39,127 bases of DNA, taken from a virus. Taxonomy: Duplodnaviria; Caudoviricetes. The stretch lies in the IMG/VR virus record IMGVR_UViG_3300024253_000040, positions 1 to 39,127 of that record, one strand, 5' to 3'. The notes beneath the pieces are model-generated. The model saw only the letters and a program-made list of their open reading frames with translations. It ran no database searches and had not been told where the DNA came from. A program made the position numbers and the translations under genes. Numbering within the stretch: position 1 is the stretch's first letter; every line of letters begins with the position of its first letter. Positions 25,352-34,500 of the stretch are shown piece by piece.

Positions 25352-25659
25352 AAGGATTTATCTCTCCTCAGGTTTCTGTTCCCGGAGTTATTGATGAAGA
25401 AACAGGTATCCCTATAGGTGGTGGACTAAGTTTCGAAACCGACTACGAGTGTGAATATTTCCCAACTACTCTCAGCAATAAGGGTGTAAATGTTGGAGGT
25501 AAGTTTGAGCAATCGGAGTATGAGATAACTGTTTACGACATGAATTTCTCTGCATCTGTTATCCGGTTAAAGAATCGTAAGGGCGATGTTCTTTGTGAGA
25601 GAGAGGTAAAGAGCATAATGGAGTTGGAAGCTATACAACGGATAAAGGTCATTGTTTAA
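25348..25659 (+). CDS. Putative head closure protein
   Basis: Position and size in the neck gene order. Confidence 0.6.
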   Translation: MKGFISPQVSVPGVIDEETGIPIGGGLSFETDYECEYFPTTLSNKGVNVGGKFEQSEYEITVYDMNFSASVIRLKNRKGDVLCEREVKSIMELEAIQRIKVIV

Positions 25660-26090
25660 TGGGCATAAAGAGATTGAGTTCCGATATTGACAATTATATC
25701 GATGCAAAGATCAAAAGGGCAGAGGACGTCCTTATCAATGCGTTGGAGTATGTTGCAATCGAGTGCCAAAATGAAGCGAGGGACAATGGGAGTTATCAAG
25801 ACCAGACAGGAAACTTGCGTTCGTCCGTTGGGTATGTGATCGTAAGGAACGGTGAGGTTGTAAAGAAGTCAAAATTCCCAATCGTCAAGAATGGTTCTTA
25901 CGGTCAAAAGGAGGGGCTTTCACTTTCGGCAAGATTAGCTTTAGAGTATCGAGATGGAATTGTTTTGATTGTTGTTGCCGGAATGAATTATGCTGCCTAT
26001 GTTGAGACAAGTAGGAATGTTTTAACTTCTTCCGAGCTGCTCGCAGAAAGGCTTGTACCTAAAATGTTAAAAGACTTGGGTTTTAGATGA
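25659..26090 (+). CDS. HK97 gp10-like tail completion protein
   Basis: DQTGNLRSSVG...NYAAYVE. Confidence 0.8.
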   Translation: MGIKRLSSDIDNYIDAKIKRAEDVLINALEYVAIECQNEARDNGSYQDQTGNLRSSVGYVIVRNGEVVKKSKFPIVKNGSYGQKEGLSLSARLALEYRDGIVLIVVAGMNYAAYVETSRNVLTSSELLAERLVPKMLKDLGFR

Positions 26091-26503
26091 AAACAGGTAG
26101 TGAGATAGAACAATACGTTTACGGACTAATAAACCGAAGTGAGATCAAATCCCTGATAAAAGGCAAGGTTTACCGCTATGGTTTACGACCTTTTAACTCA
26201 AAGAATGAGGATTGTGTGGTTTCTTTTCAAACCGGTCTGAACGGACAGTTTCAGGATGGTTCAGTAAATGTAAATATTTATGTTCCGGATATTCCTTTTA
26301 CGGATGAGAACGGAAGATCTGTGCTTGTCAAGGATTTTGCAAGGTGTCAGGTTATCGAGCGAGCCTGTCAGGACTTCATTAATACGCTTACAGCAGGTGA
26401 ATATCGTTTTCGTCTTGCTTCAACTATGCAGACTTTTCCCGATGAAGAGACCGACCAACATTTTGTGAATATGAGATTGAGATATGAACGTGTAACATTT
26501 TAA
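26087..26503 (+). CDS. Putative tail terminator
   Basis: Position before the tail tube gene; VNVNIYVPD. Confidence 0.65.
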   Translation: MKTGSEIEQYVYGLINRSEIKSLIKGKVYRYGLRPFNSKNEDCVVSFQTGLNGQFQDGSVNVNIYVPDIPFTDENGRSVLVKDFARCQVIERACQDFINTLTAGEYRFRLASTMQTFPDEETDQHFVNMRLRYERVTF

Positions 26504-26514
26504 AATATAAAACT

Positions 26515-26964
26515 ATGAAGATTACGTGGGGTAAACCGTTAGTTGAGTTTGGCAAGGTTGTAGATGGAGCCGAGCCAGCAGAATTTACGAAAATGCCTAT
26601 TCAGAAAGAAGATACTGTAACTCTTACCACTACTAAGGCAACGGCTCAAGAGTTGTTTGGAGAAGGGCATGAGCTTGTGGCTCGAAAAAATAAGAAATCG
26701 ACCTATGTTCTCGACATGGAGGTTTTCATCGACAGTGGTGATGAGCGTCCCATTGTTGACGAGGACGGTGTTGTTGCCGACAACTACCATGTTCGACTTT
26801 TGCCTGAAGATGATACTCTCACTGGCTTTCAGTTCAAGAACTCTCAAGTAGAGGTAGAGGAGCTTTGGTCGAGTGCCGAGGGAACTAAGGTGAGATATAC
26901 TTTCACGGCTTTGAAGCCTACTGAAGGAAATATGTTTCAGAAGTATGTTAAATCTGCCGTATGA
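26515..26964 (+). CDS. Major tail tube protein
   Basis: 149 aa, beta-rich, before chaperone and tape measure genes. Confidence 0.75.
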   Translation: MKITWGKPLVEFGKVVDGAEPAEFTKMPIQKEDTVTLTTTKATAQELFGEGHELVARKNKKSTYVLDMEVFIDSGDERPIVDEDGVVADNYHVRLLPEDDTLTGFQFKNSQVEVEELWSSAEGTKVRYTFTALKPTEGNMFQKYVKSAV

Positions 26965-27440
26965 TCGAACATAAGACAGCTGATACCATTCTTGAGTCGA
27001 TTTTTGAAGTTTCAATAGGTGGGGTAACTTTTCCGGTTGCCCTACCTAAAAATGCTACAATCATCCGCTTGTCGGAATTAGTATCGTTGTTGCCTGAATT
27101 GCAGATTGAAGAAAAGACCGACATTCTCAACATTGTTCTTCAGCGAGCCAAAGACATGAGGATCCTGGGCGATATTATCGCTTTGCTTGTTTGTGGAGAG
27201 ATAGCACCGCTAAAGCTTTACAGTCTCGGTTCTATGATAAAGCACTGGCGTTGGGGTAGACGTTTCCGCAAGGTTCGCAGGTTAGTTCTTTATGAGATGT
27301 CTCCACGTGAGACATTGTCAGTCTTACAGAAGATTTTAGCAAGACAGGAGATCGGTGATTTTTTCGTGCTTACCACTTCCCTAAAAGAAGCAAACATATT
27401 AAAGAAGACAAGGGGGGTGGGAACGACAGCATCTGGTTAA
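26961..27440 (+). CDS. Tail assembly chaperone (gpG-like)
   Basis: Between tube and TMP; contains slippery T TTT TTC. Confidence 0.75.
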   Translation: MIEHKTADTILESIFEVSIGGVTFPVALPKNATIIRLSELVSLLPELQIEEKTDILNIVLQRAKDMRILGDIIALLVCGEIAPLKLYSLGSMIKHWRWGRRFRKVRRLVLYEMSPRETLSVLQKILARQEIGDFFVLTTSLKEANILKKTRGVGTTASG

Positions 27441-27625
27441 CTATCCGGTCAGCAGCAGAATCACTGAACGTGTCGGTGGATTACGTTTTGTACGAAATGA
27501 GTTTTGCGAACACTATTCTTTATTCACGTACTATTCCACCTTTAGAGACTTCTAATGAAGAAGTTTATTCTGGTGATGATATAGAGACGCAACTTATTCT
27601 TGAGGAGTTAGAGTATGAAGACTGA
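27359..27625 (+). CDS. -1 frameshift extension of the chaperone (gpGT-like, fusion about 221 aa)
   Basis: -1 frame is open from the heptamer (27359-27365) to TGA 27623-27625: ...NDSIWLTIRSAAESLNVSVDYVLYEMSFAN... Confidence 0.75.
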   Translation, partial: FFRAYHFPKRSKHIKEDKGGGNDSIWLTIRSAAESLNVSVDYVLYEMSFANTILYSRTIPPLETSNEEVYSGDDIETQLILEELEYED

Positions 27626-30600
27626 TAGAGGTCAAGAGTTTTATGGAATTGGTTTAGACACCTCACAGCTTGAAGAAGGTAGGCTACAAGCCATTTCTCT
27701 TTTTAACGATATTGCCAAAGAAGCCGAGAGTAGCGGTGATTCTATGGACAGAGCAATGGACAAGGCTATCGGTAATGTTCGCAAGAATCTTGACGAGATT
27801 GATACCAAATCTTTTTCGGAGAGGCTTCAGTCCGAGATCGACAAGAATATTGAAGCGTTCAATAAAATTCAGGTTGAGATCACTGAATTGAAGAAGACCA
27901 TGTCTGAAGTATCTCACCCGGCACTTCTTGAAGAATATGAGAAGAAGCTTTTAAACCTTGACAACCGTGCAGGAATACTAAGCAGCACTATTTCCCACCT
28001 AAAATCGATGCAGTCGCAATACAACAAGGAAGTTGAAGAAGCAACCGATAAAGGTGCTGACTTTGGGAAAATCATTGAGAATATAACAAAAGAGGCCAAT
28101 CCGTTGAATGAGGTTATGGGTAAACTCCCTAAGCCTTTACAGTCGGTTATTCGTGGGTTACAAGGCATGACCGGAGCTGCGAAGAAATTCGTTGCTGTTC
28201 CACTAATTGCAGTAATAACTGCTATAGTTGTAGGTCTAACGACATTATTTTCTTGGTTCAATAAGACGGCTGAGGGTCAGATGGCTTTCGCTAAAATTAC
28301 AGGTTATGTCAGTGGGGTGGTCAACCAATTGAAAGAAATCGTTATCACGGTTGGAAAGGCAATATATGATGCTTTCACGAATCCACAGGAAGCCGTAAAA
28401 AAGCTATGGAACACAATCAAGGAAAATCTTATCAATCGAGTAGTTGGTCTTGGAGACATGTTCAAGGCGCTTGGTAGGATTATCTCAAGTGGCTTTACAG
28501 ACGGCTTTGATGATCTAAACAATGCGTTCTTCAAAGTCACCACAGGTGTAGATAACCTGCTCGAAAAGACTTCGGATTACGTCAAAGGCATGCACGAAGC
28601 TGCAAAGAAAACACAGGAATTAAAGCTTGCCGAGGAACAGTTGCATCGAGACAGAAGTAATTGGTCTGTACGTGAAGCTGAACTGGACAGTAAGATTGCT
28701 GAAGCACGTAACAGGATGTATCAGGGGACTGACAAGCAACGCATGGATGCTGCAAAAGAAGTGGAAGGATACATTGCCGAGAAGTACGAACAAAAAATAA
28801 AGTTTGCCAAAGAAGAACTGCGAATCAGACAGGAGTTGAATTCTCTCACGTCTAGTGCTCAGTCGGACTTAGACAAAGAGAATGAGTTAAAAGCCGAACT
28901 TTTAAATCTTGAAAAGCAACGAAATACAGAGCTACGTTCCACTTCTCGAATATCTGGCAGTATTGAAAGTAAAGACACTGCCGAAGCAGAGAGGATAGCT
29001 GAAGCACACAAAAGGGCTTTGGAGAGCTACCGTAAAGCTGTAAGTCAGATCGAGGAACAGATCGAGCAAGACCGTTTTGAGTTGAAGAAAGCATCTATAA
29101 AAGACCGTAGTGAGTTAATCGAAGCTGAATACAACTACGAGCTTTCACTGATTGAGAGAAACCGCCAGGCATTCATTGAAGAACATGAGGGCGTTGATGT
29201 TGACACGTCCGTATTCGATAAACTAATCGAACTTTCCAAAGAAAGACGTGAAGCTGCCGACCGTGAGTATTTTGACGAAGTATTAAAAGGCTACCAGACA
29301 CTTGAAGAACGTCGTAATGAGATCGTAAAGAAATTTGCCAAAGAGCGTGCTTTGCTTGAATCAGGCAATATCGATGGCAGTCTTGATGAAAATATTGAAG
29401 AGCTCAATAAGAGAGAACGTGAAGCGCTGGCTCGGTTTGACACACAATCACAGGAGAAGACTTCGATAATGGTTCGTATGTTCTCCGATATGAGCGATAA
29501 GAGCATTGAGGAGTTGAAGAAAATTCGTGATGAAGCCGAAGCGCTGTGGGCATTCCTTTCAAGTGGCGTATGGGATGAAAAGAAAGGTGCAGCTTTTGGA
29601 ATCACATTGGAGCAATTCGATGACCTTATCAGCAATCCCGACCAATTAGTAAAGTTCAAGAAGGGCGTTGATAATATCCGTGAATCGATTTACAAGCTCG
29701 ACAAACCTATCAATCAGATCAAAGAGGGTTTTAAGGAGTTGTTTGATCCTGACTTAGCCGGAACGAATAAACAGCTTGAAGCCATAAGGAAAATCCAACA
29801 AGGTTACGAGAAGTACGCTGATGCTGTTGGTCTTGTTTCCGATGCTGTTGGTGCGCTTGGTGAGTTATCCGACAGTGATTTATTAAAGGGTATCTCCGAT
29901 GGTTTAAGTGATGTTTTACAAGTCGGTGATGATGTTATGAAAGGAGCGCAGGTTGGCTCACAGTTCGGTGCTATAGGTGCTGTTGCTGGTGGTGTCATTG
30001 GGGCAGTCAAAGGGATTTCAACCGTGCTCTCTCGTAACAAGAAGCATCGTGAAGAGCTTCAAAAACAGATCGAGGAGAATCAGCGCATAGAATATTTCGG
30101 GCAGTTAGAGATCGAGGCTCTCTACCGTCAGAAGTACGAATGGACAAAACGAATCGGAGAAGCTACATTACACTATATTAAACGTGAGGGAGAGGAGTTA
30201 AAGAAACAGTCTGAAGCTAATGCAAAGGTTCAAAGCGACCTTTGGAATAAGCTCATCGATACACAATATAAGTCAGGCGAACATTTCAAGAAGACAGGAT
30301 TGTTCGGTTTGGGAAAAGGTAAGATCGTTGAAGAATGGACTTCTCTTGCGGGAAAATCCTGGGAACAGATTGAAGCACTCGCCACACAAGGTAAACTGTC
30401 TGAGGATGGAATGAGGTTCTACGAAGCATTACGTAAAGCAAAGGAGGAGGGTCAGGATCTTCAGAAAATGCAAATTGAATACCTCGAAAAGCTTCGTGAG
30501 ACTTATACAGGAACGACCTACGAAGCGATGGTTTCAAGTATTGTCAATGCTTTCAGTCAGGGTAAACGCTCTGCTTACGATTTCGCCAACTCTTTCGAGG

Positions 30601-31085
30601 AATTGATGCAAGGTGCAATAGAAAGTTCTTTAGCCCTACTTGCCGATGAACAGTTCCGTGAGTGGTATGAGGATTTTGCTGAAGCGGGAAAGGATGGATA
30701 TACACAGGACGAGATTGAGCAAGCCAAGCGTGATTGGATTAGACTTAACGAGAATCTTGCCGAGCAAGCAAAACAGTTGGAAGAAGTAACTGGTCGCCGT
30801 ATTGGTACGATCGAGCAACAAGGTGCATCTGTCGGAGTTTACGACAAAGTTACTCAAGACCAGTGGTCGCAGACTGATGGATTACTTCGTGGAATGTATA
30901 TGGTTGTTGTTGACAACAGCAACGAGCTGAAAAGCATTTCTGGTTGGGGAGAGCATATTCAGGAAATGAGGAACATTGCCTTAGAGAGTTGGGGTGAGTT
31001 GATTTCCATACGCAAGAACACAAAGTTGATCGAGGAGACAAACAACAAGTTGGATAAGGTAATAAAAAACACTGAAAATTTATGA
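27615..31085 (+). CDS. Tape measure protein
   Basis: 1156 aa helical/coiled coil with hydrophobic segments, after the chaperone. Confidence 0.9.
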   Translation: MKTDRGQEFYGIGLDTSQLEEGRLQAISLFNDIAKEAESSGDSMDRAMDKAIGNVRKNLDEIDTKSFSERLQSEIDKNIEAFNKIQVEITELKKTMSEVSHPALLEEYEKKLLNLDNRAGILSSTISHLKSMQSQYNKEVEEATDKGADFGKIIENITKEANPLNEVMGKLPKPLQSVIRGLQGMTGAAKKFVAVPLIAVITAIVVGLTTLFSWFNKTAEGQMAFAKITGYVSGVVNQLKEIVITVGKAIYDAFTNPQEAVKKLWNTIKENLINRVVGLGDMFKALGRIISSGFTDGFDDLNNAFFKVTTGVDNLLEKTSDYVKGMHEAAKKTQELKLAEEQLHRDRSNWSVREAELDSKIAEARNRMYQGTDKQRMDAAKEVEGYIAEKYEQKIKFAKEELRIRQELNSLTSSAQSDLDKENELKAELLNLEKQRNTELRSTSRISGSIESKDTAEAERIAEAHKRALESYRKAVSQIEEQIEQDRFELKKASIKDRSELIEAEYNYELSLIERNRQAFIEEHEGVDVDTSVFDKLIELSKERREAADREYFDEVLKGYQTLEERRNEIVKKFAKERALLESGNIDGSLDENIEELNKREREALARFDTQSQEKTSIMVRMFSDMSDKSIEELKKIRDEAEALWAFLSSGVWDEKKGAAFGITLEQFDDLISNPDQLVKFKKGVDNIRESIYKLDKPINQIKEGFKELFDPDLAGTNKQLEAIRKIQQGYEKYADAVGLVSDAVGALGELSDSDLLKGISDGLSDVLQVGDDVMKGAQVGSQFGAIGAVAGGVIGAVKGISTVLSRNKKHREELQKQIEENQRIEYFGQLEIEALYRQKYEWTKRIGEATLHYIKREGEELKKQSEANAKVQSDLWNKLIDTQYKSGEHFKKTGLFGLGKGKIVEEWTSLAGKSWEQIEALATQGKLSEDGMRFYEALRKAKEEGQDLQKMQIEYLEKLRETYTGTTYEAMVSSIVNAFSQGKRSAYDFANSFEELMQGAIESSLALLADEQFREWYEDFAEAGKDGYTQDEIEQAKRDWIRLNENLAEQAKQLEEVTGRRIGTIEQQGASVGVYDKVTQDQWSQTDGLLRGMYMVVVDNSNELKSISGWGEHIQEMRNIALESWGELISIRKNTKLIEETNNKLDKVIKNTENL

Positions 31086-31513
31086 TTGGCAAGGTATTCA
31101 TAAACGGTTACGATGCCTGGGAGACTTGGGGTGTCTTTTTAGAGGATGGGAGCTATGATAGGCTTTTGTCTGGTGAGACAATGAAGCCATATACAACAAA
31201 TCAATCTCGCTCGATTGATGGCGTCAAAGTTTCAATTAAGAATCCACGTGTTGAAGAAAAGAATGTAACGTTGGTGTTTTGCTTTTCAGAACGTCCAGTT
31301 TCATTCCTTACACGTCTGGAAACATTTCTTGGCACTTTACGGAATGGAAAATTAGTCGACGGTAAAATTCATCCTACTGAATTGAATGTTCCTGACTTGG
31401 GAAAGACGTTCAGGTTGATTTACGAGGGCAACGGTACGCTCTCACAAAGTGGCTTAAAGATAGGTAAAATAATGGTTCGGTTTACTGAGCCAAATCCTAC
31501 AAACAGATTATGA
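31082..31513 (+). CDS. Distal tail protein (putative)
   Basis: Position after TMP; INGYDAWETWG...FTEPNP. Confidence 0.7.
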   Translation: MIGKVFINGYDAWETWGVFLEDGSYDRLLSGETMKPYTTNQSRSIDGVKVSIKNPRVEEKNVTLVFCFSERPVSFLTRLETFLGTLRNGKLVDGKIHPTELNVPDLGKTFRLIYEGNGTLSQSGLKIGKIMVRFTEPNPTNRL

Positions 31514-34500
31514 TCATTAAGAGAGGAATATTGGAAATTTTAAATCTCGACTTTCTGCCTGATGGATTAGAGAAGAAAGAGATAATGGTAGAACATTCTG
31601 TTTCTATCAAATTCGAATTATCCGATTATGTCAAGTTGGAGAAAGGGGATTTCATTATACATGATGAAAAACATTTCTCTTTAAACAAAGACTTTATTCC
31701 TGTTATCAATAAATCCACAAATGGCTTCATATATGATCTGAAGTTTTACGATATAACCGAACGTTTCAAGGATTTCAAGTTGAAATTTCAGTTAGGTACT
31801 GTTGACGAATTGGATTTCAAGTTAACCACTTCTGGCGACAAGTTTTTGGATATCGTGATTTACTCTCTCCACAAGCACGGTTTGGGCACTTTCACAAAGG
31901 GTCAGTTTCCAAGCGAGATAAAAGAGATTCATTTCAAGAACGTGGATATCTTCTCAGGATTAAATCAGATCGCAAATGAGTACGGATTGGAATGGTGGAT
32001 TGATGGCACTATTCTTAATCTCGGCAAGTTAGAATACGGTGAGCCAGTACTTTTACGCAATGATATTGAGTTAGAAGATATTTCATTCAGTCCGTCAAGT
32101 GAGAAATTAATTACTCGTCTTTATGCTTTCGGTTCATCGAGAAATATTCCGTCTAATTACAGAATAAATGAAGCGGTTGGTGATATCGCTGAAAGACGCT
32201 TAAGACTTCCGATTGGAACGGAATATGTTGACTTGTTTCATGATTTGCCTGAAAACCAGGTTGTCGAGGGAGTACATGTGTTTGAAGATATCTACCCACG
32301 TCAGAAGAATACCATCATCGACGTGTTGACAAATGACGTTTCTGGTACAGTTATTTACACGTTTAAGGGTGATAACACATTTACCATCACTCACGACGAC
32401 ATAATAGCCGGAAAACCGCTTAAAATTGCTTTCCAGTCAGGATTATTAGCCGGAAAGGATTTTGATTTAATTATCAGGGATAATAATTATTTCGAGATAA
32501 GGTACGAGCAGTCCGGTGATGTTTACCTGCCGAATATGACTTTAAAACCTCAGGTAGGTGATGAATTTTTCTTCTTTAACTTCAAAACAGATAATGTATT
32601 GCCTGTCTTAATTACTCAAGCTGAGAATGAGCTCCTGACTCAAGCACAAAACTTTTTGGATAAAATAGGTTCTGAGTATGTTTACACGATAAAGAACAGG
32701 TCTATCCACTGTGAGGAGAACGGTATTGATTTAGATGTTGGTCAGGTAGTAACCCTACAGTCCGAAACAATCGGTAGTGTAACTTCACGCATCCGAGGTT
32801 ATGAAAAAAAGTTGTACAATAGGTTTGAGTGTGATTACTCGATTGGCAGTTACTCAAAATATTCAAGAATTGACAAGATTGAGAAAGAAACAGGCAGTAA
32901 AGCTGATAAAACTGAAATTAGTGAAATTGGTGGCAAGGTAGAAAGCGTAAGCAGGGATATCCAGAATATTGATTTGAAGTTTCTTTCAAAGATATCCGAA
33001 GACACCGCCAAAGAAGTTATCACCTTCCTAAAAGGCATTATTGCAGCCGGAACGTCGGAGTTTGTCAATCTTATTGCTACAGGTAAAATAACTGCCGAAA
33101 ATATTGATGTAAACAACACTTTGGTGACGGATATTCTCTGTGTTCTCACTCAGGCCACATTGCAGGATGTTATTTTAAAAGGTCAGATTAATTCTGAAAC
33201 CTTTACAAGTGGTTTTCTCGGTGATGGATTTAGATTAAACAAAATCGGTGAGAGATGGACGTTGGAGATTGACGATCTGGTTGTCCGCAAGACGATGACC
33301 ATCTATGAGTTGATCGTCCAGAGGGTCAGGTATCAGGGTGGACAGGTGTTGCATTCTCCGGCAGGAGGCAAGATAACAGCCGTAACTGACGGTGGGACGT
33401 ACTGGAGATGCGAACATGACAGTCCGGAAGATTTCATAACCGGCGACCAGGTACTTTGCGACACGTCAAGAGTGGGTTCAATGGCGCAGAACCCCGAAGG
33501 TGAGACCACTTTCATGGGTGTTCGGAAGAAAAGGTACTGGCGAAAAGTCACAAGTTACGGTGCGGGCTGGTTCAACCTTTCCAAAACCGACATGGAGGCC
33601 GGTTCTGACTATCCAGAAGTTGGCGACAATGTGGGAGTGGTGGGAAACGATACGGATGTCACACGACAGAGCGCCTATATGATCGTTTCCGTCGGCAACA
33701 ATTCCCCATACACGGCGCACTACGCAGGGATTAATTCTTACTCTTTGGCAGGTAAGGAAATTGTCAGGGAGGGTAATTTGTCCGGTATTGTGGATGCTGC
33801 TTTTGGACAATTGTCAGGTTACGGTCTGTATTCAAAGAACGTGTGCCTGCGTGGTGTTTTCAAACTAGTTAACGGAATGGACATTGGACAAAAACTTGCC
33901 GAACATGATACGACTTTCCTTTCAACGGCATCCAAAACAGAGGTTTCAACAGCAAAGTCAGAGGCTATCTCTACAGCTGCCTCCGATGCTACCATTAAGG
34001 CAAATACTGCGCAAATAAACGCCACCAATGCAGCAAATGGATATACTGACGGACAGGTTTCACCACTTGTAACACGTATAACCAGTGCAGAGACGGCAAT
34101 CGCCCAGAATGCAGATGCAATTTCGCTCAGGGCAACGAAAACAGAAGCTCAGACATATGCCGCTGATGCTGTCGATAACCTGCAAATGGGGGTCAGGAAC
34201 TTGTTGCTCGGTACTACGGATGAATGGATAACGATAACAACCCCTTCTTTTTATTACGTGGATAATTTCTTTGCCGACACAATCCTGGAAGCAGACCAGG
34301 AGTACACATTCAGCTTTGAGTCGGAGGTAATAAGCGGGACACCGTCCGGTTCAGTTCATATAGGGTGCGGGACAACCGGATACCAAAGAGATATATTATA
34401 TTCAAACATCTCGATAACCGGAAAGGGCAAGGTAACTTTTAAACCAACTTCGGCCCAGTTGGGGACACACAAATCTTTCGCATTCAGGTGGTATAACAAT

